Shown: one piece after another, positions 10,065 through 19,138 of the stretch
How the letters are laid out: every line of letters starts with the position of its first letter
How positions within the stretch are numbered: position 1 is the first letter of the stretch
Assembly (NCBI RefSeq): GCF_002483365.1
Contig: NZ_DLHT01000018.1
Coordinates: 8,560-72,559 of the forward strand
Direction: 5' to 3'
Source: Cellvibrio sp. UBA7661
Lineage (GTDB): Bacteria > Pseudomonadota > Gammaproteobacteria > Pseudomonadales > Cellvibrionaceae
DNA length: 64,000 bases
Position numbers and translations under genes: made by a program
The notes under the pieces: model-generated
Databases searched by the model: none
Told to the model about the DNA's origin: nothing
Seen by the model: the letters and a program-made list of their open reading frames with translations, nothing else

Positions 10065-10466
10065 ATGTCAATTTCATTTCAAAAAGCATTGGGTATCCAC
10101 GAGACCGCACTGCACTTCCGCTCAGAGCGTGCCAGCGTACTTGCCAACAACCTCGCCAATATCGACACGCCAAACTACAAAGCAAAAGATCTGGATTTCA
10201 AGCAGGCGCTGAGCCAAAAAATGAATCCCGGTCCGGGGTTTGATCTGACCACCACTCAAAATCGCCATATCGATGCGAGCGGTTTTGAAACAGACGATGG
10301 TGATGTGCTGTATCGCACTCCACAGCAACCATCGATTGATGGCAACACGGTTGAAGACCAAATTGAACACGCGGAATACATGAAAAACGCGTTGGCTTTT
10401 CAGGCGAGTTTTCAATTTTTAAATAGCAAGTTCACCGGATTGCGTACAGCCATTCGCGGTGATTAA
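10065..10466 (+). CDS. flgB: flagellar proximal rod protein FlgB
   Basis: 133 aa. Contains NLANIDTPNYKAKD and sits first in the rod operon. Confidence 0.9.
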   Translation: MSISFQKALGIHETALHFRSERASVLANNLANIDTPNYKAKDLDFKQALSQKMNPGPGFDLTTTQNRHIDASGFETDDGDVLYRTPQQPSIDGNTVEDQIEHAEYMKNALAFQASFQFLNSKFTGLRTAIRGD

Positions 10467-10523
10467 AGCAGATAAACAAAGTAGTTAATGCGTTTATTAA
10501 ACGAATTTTGTAGGTATTGAATC

Positions 10524-10973
10524 ATGGCACTTGGAACTATTTTTGATATCGCGGGCACTGGTATGAATGCGCAAAGTTTGCGCTTGAATACAACCGCCAG
10601 CAACCTGGCTAATGCGCAATCGGCCAGCTCCAGTGTGAATGAAGTGTATCGCAGCCGTCAGCCGGTATTTGCCGCAATACATCAAGATGCTATGCGTGCC
10701 GCGGTTACCGAAGGTACTTATAGCGATAACGAAGTGGATGCAGCTGCCGGTGTGCAAGTGCTGGGTATTGTTGAAAGCGATGCGCCTTTACAACGCCGCT
10801 ATGAACCCACGCATCCAAAGGCCGATGAAGAAGGCTACGTCTATTATCCCAATGTAAATCCTGTAGAAGAAATGGCCAACATGATTGCAGCATCGCGCTC
10901 ATTCCAAATGAACGTGGAAGTGATGAATTCTGCGAAGCAAATGGTTCAACGTGTTTTAACTCTGGGTCAATAA
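10524..10973 (+). CDS. flgC: flagellar proximal rod protein FlgC
   Basis: 149 aa. Contains SNLANAQS...YPNVNPVEEMANMIAASRSFQMNVEV. Confidence 0.92.
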   Translation: MALGTIFDIAGTGMNAQSLRLNTTASNLANAQSASSSVNEVYRSRQPVFAAIHQDAMRAAVTEGTYSDNEVDAAAGVQVLGIVESDAPLQRRYEPTHPKADEEGYVYYPNVNPVEEMANMIAASRSFQMNVEVMNSAKQMVQRVLTLGQ

Positions 10974-10986
10974 AAGGAGCTGAATC

Positions 10987-11688
10987 ATGAGCGTATCCGG
11001 TACTTCATCAGCCAATAGTGTTACTGACAACTTAAGTATCACTAAAAAAACAGAAACGAAAAAAAATACCAATGAGTTAGGTCAGGCTGCGTTTCTGGAA
11101 TTAATGATTACGCAAATGAACAACCAAAACCCATTGAGCCCGCAAGACAACAGTGAATTTGTTGCACAGTTGGCGCAATTCAGTTCGGTTGAAGGACTGG
11201 AGCGTTTAAACAATAGCTTCAATAGTTTTATGTCGAACAACGCACTGCAAGCGTCGTCATTGGTTGGGCGCAGCGTAACTGTTGAATCGGAAAAAAGTAC
11301 CTTGGTTAAAGGCGGTATTGTGGCGGGTAGTGCTGATTTGGCGTACTCCACAAATAATTTGAAAATCAATATTTACGACGAAAAGGGTGCGCTAGTACAA
11401 GCCATTCCTGTTGGTGAAGTACCCAAAGGTGAAATGGTCTTCCGTTGGGATGGACAAAATATGGAAATCAATGGCGATTTGCTGGATTGGGAAGCAGGTG
11501 ATGATGCCGCCGCTGCAGGTGAATATCGCTTTGAGGTTACCGCTGATCAAGATGGCAAGAATGAAGCGCTGAAAACATCGCTTAGCGCCAATGTGAATAG
11601 TGTGACGATTGGTGAAAACGGCAAATTGATTTTAAACCTCGCAGGTATAGGCGCGGTTGAAGCAGACAAAGTAAAACAATTTAATTAA
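10987..11688 (+). CDS. flgD: flagellar hook capping/assembly protein FlgD
   Basis: 233 aa. Contains FLELMITQMNNQNPLSPQDNSEFVAQLAQFSSVEG, the FlgD N-terminal signature. Confidence 0.9.
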   Translation: MSVSGTSSANSVTDNLSITKKTETKKNTNELGQAAFLELMITQMNNQNPLSPQDNSEFVAQLAQFSSVEGLERLNNSFNSFMSNNALQASSLVGRSVTVESEKSTLVKGGIVAGSADLAYSTNNLKINIYDEKGALVQAIPVGEVPKGEMVFRWDGQNMEINGDLLDWEAGDDAAAAGEYRFEVTADQDGKNEALKTSLSANVNSVTIGENGKLILNLAGIGAVEADKVKQFN

Positions 11689-11737
11689 TGGTTAGATAAA
11701 AAATCCTGAACGTTAAACGTTATGGCTGAGGTGTAAT

Positions 11738-14242
11738 ATGTCTTTCAATACAGCGTTAAGCGGAATTCGTGCAGCTAATACTGATCTGCAAGTGACCGGT
11801 AATAATATCGCCAACGCCAGTACCGTTGGTTTTAAATCGTCACGCGCTGAATTTGGCGATGTATATACGAGCACTTTATTGGGTGGTGGTTCAAATACTG
11901 CGGGTAGTGGTGTGAATATCCAAAATATTCGCCAACAATTTACGCAAGGTAATTTGAAATTTACCCAAAATGAATTGGACTTGTCGGTTAATGGTGAAGG
12001 ATTTTTTGTCGTTGAAAAAAACGGTGAGCGTTTGTATACCCGTGCAGGCACATTCGGGTTGGATAAAAATGGTTACATCGTGAATGGAACCGGCGCGTTA
12101 TTGCAAGGTTTTGCTGCAGATCCCGATGGCAATGTGAGTGGAATATTAAGTGACTTGCGTGTCGATGTAAGTTCGCAAGACCCACGCCAGACTACGGGTG
12201 TATTTGCCTCTTACAATTTGGATTCCAATGAATTGGTATTGGAGACAACAGGACAACGATTTTCTACTAATGGAACTGGAATTGGTAATGCATCACTCGG
12301 TTTGAAACAGCCTTTAACATCAACCATCGATATTGCTACTGCTGTTGCTACACCGGTTTCCCCTATAGTAATCCAATCTCCAACTGCAGGCCCACCAGCT
12401 ATTGCTGCTACTGTGTTGCAGCTATCTCGTACTGCTCCGGGAGGAAGTGCTCAGACTCTGAATATTACAATTTCCCCCGGTTCATATAACAATCTGACTG
12501 CTGTTGCAAATGAAATCAACAATCAGAATTTCAGCAGCCCGGTTCCTCTTAATGTTCAAGCATTTGTTGATACTGATGGGCGTTTGAAAATTCGGGATTT
12601 ATCTGCAGGTGTTGCTTCTCAGTTGAATATTACAGCTGTCGATCCTGATGGTGCTGGCCCTCTTGTAGTCCCTACTAATGGACTCACTACTGCTGTATCG
12701 GCAATCACACCTGCGAATATTACTGAGGGTGAGGCTGCGGCTAACAATAAGTACGCATCACATACTTTGGTAATTCAAGGTCCAGGAACTTCTGCGCCAG
12801 TCACTTACATTAGTAAATATGGTGCAGGTGCAGATGTAACCGCATCGGAGTTAAACTCGCTTGCTGGAATTAGCGCAACGGCACGTACAACAGCAACAAT
12901 TTTAAGAGAAATACCTGCCGTTCCGGCAGTTCCTGGGCCAGCTGCTCCGGCAATTCCGTTTACAAATAGTACAGGTACTTTCACATTAAATGGAGTTGTT
13001 CTGTCATCTGATACATCTGCAACAATGGATGATCTTGCGAAAGAAATTAATAGTCTCAGCAAATCTACTCTATTTGGAATTACTGCGAGCGTTAACGAAA
13101 CAACTGGCGATCTTGAAGTGGTTTCTGCAACCGGGCGTGATTTGGACTTCTCATTTGGAACTACAGGAGATGCAGTTGCGATTGTTGGTAGCCAAGGTGA
13201 GTTACAACAATTAGATACAAATGCGGATCCAGCGCTTGTCAATAGTGCGATTAAAGTGGGGGGAGTGATTACAGTAACAATGCAGGAAGGATATTCGATT
13301 ACCAACAGCACACTCACTACTCCTATTGTTGCTGGTTCAGGCGTTATGTTTGGCGCAATTGGTGATCCGACTTTCTTTACTCCTGTGCCGATTAACGCAT
13401 TTGATCCCAACGATCAAAAAACATTTAACCACGCAACGACTACACCTGTGTATGACAGCCTGGGAAATGTTCATTCAATGCGTCAATATTTTGTGAAGCA
13501 AGCTTACGATCCAGCTGATCCAACAACGTCGCCTAACCATTGGAAAATGTATGTGCAAATTGATGGTCAAAACGTAGGTGATCCCGATCCAACTTTGCCA
13601 TCACCAGACAATATCGCGCCGACTATGGCGTCGTTTGATGTGCACTTCACACCTGAAGGTACTATCAATGCGTCCATGACAGATGCGATCCTTATTTCTA
13701 ACTGGACTCCACTTGGCGAAGATGGACAACCCGTTGGTGCACTGGGGCCGTTGAATGTATTGCAGGGCGGGACTATACCCGTAGCTGAGCCACCAGCCAG
13801 TTCTAATTTTTTGATTGATCTTGAAGGCAGCACCCAATTTGGTAGCGTGTTTTCAGTAGAAGAGTTGGATCAAAATGGTTACGCCACTGGCCGTTTGGCA
13901 GGTTTGGATGTGAGCAATACCGGTATTGTGTTTGCCCGTTTCACTAACGGTGAAGCACAAGTATTAGGGCAGGTGGCCCTGGCTAACTTTGCCAGTGTGG
14001 ATGGTTTGAAACCAACAGGCGATACCATGTGGGCACAGACATTTGAATCGGGTGAGGCGATTGTGGGCGCTCCCGGCTCATCCCAACTGGGGAATGTGGT
14101 GGCTGGTGCGGTGGAAGAATCGAACGTGGATCTGTCGGAGCAATTGGTTAACCTGATTATTGCCCAACGCAACTACCAGGCAAACGCCAAAACCATTGAA
14201 ACCGCGAACGCCACCACCCAAACCATTATCAACTTACGATAA
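11738..14242 (+). CDS. flgE: flagellar hook protein FlgE, enlarged (834 aa)
   Basis: Canonical N-terminus (MSFNTALSGIRAANTDLQVTGNNIANASTVGFK) and C-terminus (VDLSEQLVNLIIAQRNYQANAKTIETANA). Between them lies an insert of about 380 aa (roughly aa 170-552). Confidence 0.9.
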   Translation: MSFNTALSGIRAANTDLQVTGNNIANASTVGFKSSRAEFGDVYTSTLLGGGSNTAGSGVNIQNIRQQFTQGNLKFTQNELDLSVNGEGFFVVEKNGERLYTRAGTFGLDKNGYIVNGTGALLQGFAADPDGNVSGILSDLRVDVSSQDPRQTTGVFASYNLDSNELVLETTGQRFSTNGTGIGNASLGLKQPLTSTIDIATAVATPVSPIVIQSPTAGPPAIAATVLQLSRTAPGGSAQTLNITISPGSYNNLTAVANEINNQNFSSPVPLNVQAFVDTDGRLKIRDLSAGVASQLNITAVDPDGAGPLVVPTNGLTTAVSAITPANITEGEAAANNKYASHTLVIQGPGTSAPVTYISKYGAGADVTASELNSLAGISATARTTATILREIPAVPAVPGPAAPAIPFTNSTGTFTLNGVVLSSDTSATMDDLAKEINSLSKSTLFGITASVNETTGDLEVVSATGRDLDFSFGTTGDAVAIVGSQGELQQLDTNADPALVNSAIKVGGVITVTMQEGYSITNSTLTTPIVAGSGVMFGAIGDPTFFTPVPINAFDPNDQKTFNHATTTPVYDSLGNVHSMRQYFVKQAYDPADPTTSPNHWKMYVQIDGQNVGDPDPTLPSPDNIAPTMASFDVHFTPEGTINASMTDAILISNWTPLGEDGQPVGALGPLNVLQGGTIPVAEPPASSNFLIDLEGSTQFGSVFSVEELDQNGYATGRLAGLDVSNTGIVFARFTNGEAQVLGQVALANFASVDGLKPTGDTMWAQTFESGEAIVGAPGSSQLGNVVAGAVEESNVDLSEQLVNLIIAQRNYQANAKTIETANATTQTIINLR

Positions 14243-14262
14243 TAAAATCACCTGATTACACA

Positions 14263-14298
14263 GCGGCAAAGGGCGGAAGCTCTTTGCCGCTTTCTATT
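14263..14298 (+). terminator. rho-independent terminator after flgE
   Basis: GCGGCAAAG-loop-CTTTGCCGC followed by TTTCTATT. Confidence 0.65.
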
Positions 14299-14373
14299 GG
14301 GGTTTCATTTGCTTTGCTAACCCTATCAAAATAAAGTCTTTGTAATTCAGTTGCTTAAGTGTTATCCAAACAT

Positions 14374-14388
14374 TGGCACTGCTCTTGC
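14374..14388 (+). promoter_or_regulatory. sigma-54 promoter of flgFGHIJK(L)
   Basis: TGGCAC-TGCTC-TTGCA is an exact -24/-12 match, 84 nt upstream of the flgF start. Confidence 0.8.
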
Positions 14389-14471
14389 AAAATCTCCAGT
14401 AATGGCAAATCCGCCAAAAAACTAGCGGCATTTTTATTCCTTATAAAGCTGCTAGCACTGGAGATACTATC

Positions 14472-15215
14472 GTGGATAAAGCACTTTTTATCGCAATGAC
14501 CGGTGCCAAGCACAACATGCTGGCGCAGGCCAATCGCGCCAATAATCTGGCTAATTTAAGCACCACCGGATTTCGTGCTGACTTTGAACAGTCGCGCAGC
14601 ATGGGTGTGTATTACGGCGATGGTCAGCCAACCCGCGCTTACGCCATGACGGAATCCCCCCGCGCTGATTTCACGCCTGGCTCAATGATTGCCACCAACA
14701 ACCCGCTCGACGTTGCGATACAGGGCAATGGTTTTATCGCCGTGCAATCACCCGATGGCACAGAGGCTTATACCCGTGCCGGCAACATGGCTGTGGATGC
14801 AACCGGCATGTTGCGCACTGCCAATGGTCTGCCGGTATTAGGCGCTGGCGGGCCAATCAATATTCCCGAAAATGAAAAAGTCCAGATTGGTGCCGACGGC
14901 ATTATTTCCATTATCGGCCAAGGGCAAGGGCCTGAGGCGATGGTACAAGTCGGGCAAATCAAATTAGTGAATCCCGATATTCAAAATATTGAAAAAGGTG
15001 ATGACGGTTTATTTCGTCAGCGCGATGGTGAAATTGCATTACCTGCAGTGGAAGTGACCTTGCGCAGCGGCATGCTGGAAAGCAGTAACGTCAATGCGAT
15101 CGAAGAATTTACGCAAATTCTTAGTCTCGCACGCCAATATGAAATGCAAGTCAAGGTGATGAAATCGGCGGAAGAAAATTCCGCTGCGTCTGCCCAGTTA
15201 TTGCAAATGTCGTAA
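14472..15215 (+). CDS. flgF: flagellar proximal rod protein FlgF
   Basis: 247 aa with a GTG start. Contains NNLANLSTTGFRADF...LESSNVNAIEEFTQILSLARQYEMQVK. Confidence 0.9.
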   Translation: MDKALFIAMTGAKHNMLAQANRANNLANLSTTGFRADFEQSRSMGVYYGDGQPTRAYAMTESPRADFTPGSMIATNNPLDVAIQGNGFIAVQSPDGTEAYTRAGNMAVDATGMLRTANGLPVLGAGGPINIPENEKVQIGADGIISIIGQGQGPEAMVQVGQIKLVNPDIQNIEKGDDGLFRQRDGEIALPAVEVTLRSGMLESSNVNAIEEFTQILSLARQYEMQVKVMKSAEENSAASAQLLQMS

Positions 15216-15262
15216 TTTTTAATGCGTTGTTTATTTAACGCATTTAACCAGAGGAATAGATC

Positions 15263-16048
15263 ATGCACGCCGCACTCTATGTCAGCAAAACCGGTTTGTC
15301 CGCACAAGATCGCCAGCTCACTACTATTTCCAACAACCTGGCAAACACCAGCACTATTGGTTTTAAACGTGACCGCGCAATTTTTGAAGATTTGCTGTAT
15401 CAAAACCAACGCCAACCTGGCGCGCAGCAAACGCAAGAAACGGAATTGCCTTCAGGTTTGCAATTGGGTGCCGGTGTGCGTGTAGTGGCAACACAAAAAG
15501 AATTTACCCAGGGCAATTTGCAAGTAACAGAGCAGTCGCTTGATGTCGCAATTGATGGCCACGGTTTTTTACAAGTACTGCAACCCGACGGCACTATCGC
15601 TTACACACGCAATGGCCAATTGCAAATCAATGGTGAAGGCCAACTTGTGAATGCAGATGGTTATTTACTGGAGCCTGCGATTATTGTTCCCGAAGGTGCC
15701 AACAAAATTACCATTGGCGCAAACGGTACCGTTAATGCGTACACACCAGGCCAGGTTGATCCACAACAGCTAGGCGATATCACTCTGGTTGATTTTATAA
15801 ACCATTCCGGTTTGCAGCCCATTGGCGGCAACTTGTTTGTGGAAACCGTTGCCAGTGGAAACCCGATTCAGGGAACGCCCGGTGAAAATGGTTTGGGCGT
15901 AATAAAGCAAGGTATGTTGGAAAACTCCAACGTGGATATTGTTGAGGAGATGGTCAACATGATCACCACCCAGCGCGCTTACGAGATGAACTCCAAAGTC
16001 GTTTCCACTGCAGACCAAATGCTGCAATACATCACCCAAAATCTTTAA
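15263..16048 (+). CDS. flgG: flagellar distal rod protein FlgG
   Basis: 261 aa. Contains ISNNLANTSTIGFKRDRAIFEDLLYQ...LENSNVDIVEEMVNMITTQRAYEMNSK. Confidence 0.95.
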   Translation: MHAALYVSKTGLSAQDRQLTTISNNLANTSTIGFKRDRAIFEDLLYQNQRQPGAQQTQETELPSGLQLGAGVRVVATQKEFTQGNLQVTEQSLDVAIDGHGFLQVLQPDGTIAYTRNGQLQINGEGQLVNADGYLLEPAIIVPEGANKITIGANGTVNAYTPGQVDPQQLGDITLVDFINHSGLQPIGGNLFVETVASGNPIQGTPGENGLGVIKQGMLENSNVDIVEEMVNMITTQRAYEMNSKVVSTADQMLQYITQNL

Positions 16049-16063
16049 GTGAGTGATTCAATC

Positions 16064-16783
16064 ATGCGCACTTTTTATATTGGTAAGCATCGTTTATTGG
16101 GATTGTTTGTATTGAAGTCGCTTGCATTAGCGATAGTCGCAATATCTCTCAGCGGTTGCTTTACCAACAAAAAGCCAATGGCAGATGATCCTGCCTATGC
16201 ACCCACAGTGGCAGCCAATATGCCAGTTCCGCAGCGTACAGAAGGCTCTTTATATCAAGACACTTACGGTTTGAATTTATTCAATGACCGCAAAGCGCAT
16301 TTTGTGGGCGATGTTATTACTGTGACCTTAAGTGAGCGTACTGTATCACGTAAATCATCGGGTGTTACTACCAGTAAAAATAGCGGTGTTGATTTTAATG
16401 CGGGTCCTTTGTTAGGTGCTAATCCCACAATCAAGGGGCGGGAGTTAACAACAACACTTGAGCAAGAAAGAACATTTGATGGCAGTGCCGATGCAGATCA
16501 AAGCAATAGTTTGCAAGGCAATATCACAGTGACTGTCGCTGAAATTTTGCCAAACGGTAATTTGATTGTGCGTGGTGAAAAATGGATCACATTAAATCGT
16601 GGCGATGAATTTATTCGCATCAGCGGAATTGTACGGCCCGATGACATCGCACCTGATAACACCATTGTGTCTACCCGTTTGGCGAATGCAAAAATTTCTT
16701 ACAGCGGTTCAGGCGAATTGGCTAGCACACAGCAAATGGGCTGGTTATCGCGTTTCTTTAATAGCGATCTGTGGCCTTTATAA
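16064..16783 (+). CDS. flgH: flagellar L-ring lipoprotein FlgH
   Basis: Lipobox LSGC after a signal peptide, and the FlgH core (GDVITVTLSERT...ITVTVAEILPNGNLIVRGEKW). A GTG at 16049 is an alternative start. Confidence 0.9.
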   Translation: MRTFYIGKHRLLGLFVLKSLALAIVAISLSGCFTNKKPMADDPAYAPTVAANMPVPQRTEGSLYQDTYGLNLFNDRKAHFVGDVITVTLSERTVSRKSSGVTTSKNSGVDFNAGPLLGANPTIKGRELTTTLEQERTFDGSADADQSNSLQGNITVTVAEILPNGNLIVRGEKWITLNRGDEFIRISGIVRPDDIAPDNTIVSTRLANAKISYSGSGELASTQQMGWLSRFFNSDLWPL

Positions 16784-16819
16784 ATAAGCCCGCTGTAACT
16801 TTTCTATAGAGGTATTTTT

Positions 16820-17923
16820 ATGCGTAGTGTTTATTGTTTAGTACTTGGCATCGCATTGGTTTTCAGTAGTGCAGCCCAAGCGGAACGCATTAAAGATATC
16901 GCCAGCGTTGCCGGTGTGCGTGCCAACCAATTGGTGGGTTATGGTTTAGTTGTCGGATTGGATGGAACCGGTGACCAAACAACGCAATCGCCTTTTACGG
17001 TTCAGTCGTTCAACAGCATGCTCAAGCAATTTGGTATCACCGTACCGGAAGGTGCGCGTATGCAAATGAAAAACGTCGCGGCGGTGATGATTCAGGCAGA
17101 ACTGCCTGCGTTTGCAAAACCAGGGCAAACCCTTGATGTCACCGTCTCGTCTATTAGTAATGCAAAAAGTTTGCGCGGTGGCAGTTTATTAGTGACTCCC
17201 CTAAAAGGCCTTGATGGAAAAGTCTATGCCGTAGCTCAGGGTAATTTAGTGGTGGGTGGGCTGAGTGCATCGGGTAATGATGGTTCAAAAATTACCGTGA
17301 ATATTCCTAGTGCGGGCCGTATTCCCAGCGGTGCCATTGTGGAGCGCATGGTGGAAACCAATTTCGCCGCAGGTCAGCCTATTATTTTTAATCTGCATCG
17401 CGCGGATTTCACCACTGCCAATGCTTTGGCAAAAAGTATTAACGCCATGTTAGGGCCTGATGTGGCGCGCCCAATGGATGCTGTTTCTATTGTTGTGAAT
17501 TCACCTGCGAATCCTGCGCAGCGCGTTGATTTTATTTCGATACTGGAAAATATTGAAGTTACACCAGGTGAGGAGGTTGCCAAAGTCATCATCAATTCCC
17601 GTACGGGCACTATCGTCGTTGGAAAAAATGTGCGTGTTTCACCGGTTGCAGTAACTCACGGTAGCTTGACAGTATCGGTAGCAGAAAGTTTAACCGTGAG
17701 CCAACCCAATGCCTTGGCCGGTGGGCAAACTGTTGTTGTGCCCAGCAGCAATGTGCAAGCCAATGAAGAAAATAATCCCATGTTTAAATTTGCACCCGGT
17801 GCCAACCTGGATGACATAGTGCGTTCGGTTAACAACGTAGGTGCGTCACCCAGTGATTTAATGGCCATTTTGGAAGCACTTAAACAATCCGGTGCGCTAA
17901 AAGCAGAACTAGTGGTGATCTAA
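16820..17923 (+). CDS. flgI: flagellar P-ring protein FlgI
   Basis: 367 aa. A signal peptide is followed by [31 protein letters not shown]. Confidence 0.95.
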   Translation: MRSVYCLVLGIALVFSSAAQAERIKDIASVAGVRANQLVGYGLVVGLDGTGDQTTQSPFTVQSFNSMLKQFGITVPEGARMQMKNVAAVMIQAELPAFAKPGQTLDVTVSSISNAKSLRGGSLLVTPLKGLDGKVYAVAQGNLVVGGLSASGNDGSKITVNIPSAGRIPSGAIVERMVETNFAAGQPIIFNLHRADFTTANALAKSINAMLGPDVARPMDAVSIVVNSPANPAQRVDFISILENIEVTPGEEVAKVIINSRTGTIVVGKNVRVSPVAVTHGSLTVSVAESLTVSQPNALAGGQTVVVPSSNVQANEENNPMFKFAPGANLDDIVRSVNNVGASPSDLMAILEALKQSGALKAELVVI

Positions 17924-19135
17924 ATGTTACCTATCGACAGCAGTACAGGCATATCGCAAATTAAGGATTCCTATTTGGATCCTAATTCGCTGAATTCTGT
18001 TAAAGCAATGGGGCGCGATAAAGACCCGCAAGCATTAAAAGAAGTAGCGAAAAAATTTGAAGCGATGTTTGTGCAGCAAATGTTGAAAACCATGCGTGAA
18101 GCCAATGAGGCTTTTAGCGAAGGTAATTATTTTGATAGCCAAACCACACGCTTCCATCGTGATATGCTCGATCAGCAAATGGTGCTCAATTTAACCAGCG
18201 GTGCGGGTATTGGTTTGGCGGATCACTTTTATCAGCAAATGCTGAAAAATTATGGCGGCAATATGAAAGCGCCAGAGAATTCATCAAATACTCATGAGCT
18301 TGGCGATCTGTCCGATATTGTTACGCATCAGTCACTGCCACAAGGTGATTCTGCACGTGTAGATGCAAAAAATACAGAAGGTGATGTTGGTGATTCTATT
18401 GATGTATTAGGTGATTGGATCAACGATTTTATGCGCATGAGCGATAACTCGAATGTGCAATCTGTGTTGAGCGGCGAAACGGATAAGGATGCTGAAAATC
18501 CGGTTATTGTTGCACCGTTCATCAATTATGCAGCAATGCCCGCCTATTTGAACAAAGCCAAGTCTGCTGAAATTCGCGTAGGGCAGAAAGGTAGTATTAG
18601 TGATACCCAGGAAAATTTTGTCATGCTGCTAAAGCCTCATGCTGAAAAGGCAGCGGCAGAACTGAATGTTAATCCGGATGTATTGATTGCCCAGGTTGCA
18701 TTGGAAACCGGCTGGGGAAAACACGTTATTCATGATAACCAAGGCAACAACAGTTTTAACCTGTTCAATATTAAAGCGAATACTCAATGGCAAGGCGATA
18801 AGGTGAATGTTTCTACACTTGAATATCGCAATGGTATAGCGGCAAATGAAAAAGCGGATTTCCGTAAATATACCGATTATGCCGAAAGCTTTTCAGATTA
18901 CGTGAGATTGATGAAAAATAATCCGCGTTACGACGATGTATTGGCCGCAGGAACCGATTCAAAAAAATATGCGGAAGCACTACAAGCAGCAGGTTATGCA
19001 ACAGACCCGGAATACGCCAAAAAAATTAAACGTTTGTTGAATAGCGATGCGATTAAATCAGTGGGGGATATCACAGGCACTGTGCTTTCCTCTCTCAATA
19101 TGGCAGCGAAAGCTGGCCGCACATTTGTGGAGTAA
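17924..19135 (+). CDS. flgJ: flagellar rod-assembly protein/peptidoglycan hydrolase FlgJ
   Basis: 403 aa. N-terminal rod-binding motif (KEVAKKFEAMFVQQMLKTMREA) and C-terminal glucosaminidase domain (AQVALETGWGKHVI...FNLFNIKA). Confidence 0.9.
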   Translation: MLPIDSSTGISQIKDSYLDPNSLNSVKAMGRDKDPQALKEVAKKFEAMFVQQMLKTMREANEAFSEGNYFDSQTTRFHRDMLDQQMVLNLTSGAGIGLADHFYQQMLKNYGGNMKAPENSSNTHELGDLSDIVTHQSLPQGDSARVDAKNTEGDVGDSIDVLGDWINDFMRMSDNSNVQSVLSGETDKDAENPVIVAPFINYAAMPAYLNKAKSAEIRVGQKGSISDTQENFVMLLKPHAEKAAAELNVNPDVLIAQVALETGWGKHVIHDNQGNNSFNLFNIKANTQWQGDKVNVSTLEYRNGIAANEKADFRKYTDYAESFSDYVRLMKNNPRYDDVLAAGTDSKKYAEALQAAGYATDPEYAKKIKRLLNSDAIKSVGDITGTVLSSLNMAAKAGRTFVE

Positions 19136-19138
19136 GTC

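Noticed and set aside
12805-13410. Long antisense ORF (201 aa) inside flgE. Similar antisense ORFs lie inside the flagellin genes (25153-25758, 25777-26457, 28761-29261, 29316-29915) and inside fliD, flgK and flgL.
   Set aside because: All lie opposite strongly supported flagellar genes whose Ala/Thr/Ser/Gly/Asn-rich codons (GCN, ACN, GGN) leave the complementary frames free of stop codons. The translations are low-complexity, with no start context or recognisable family. They are compositional artefacts.
18990-19060. Possible internal sigma-28 promoter for flgK within the 3' end of flgJ (TAAACGTT...GCGATTAA).
   Set aside because: The spacer is 14 nt rather than 11 and the -10 is a poor match. 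This is insufficient to report.
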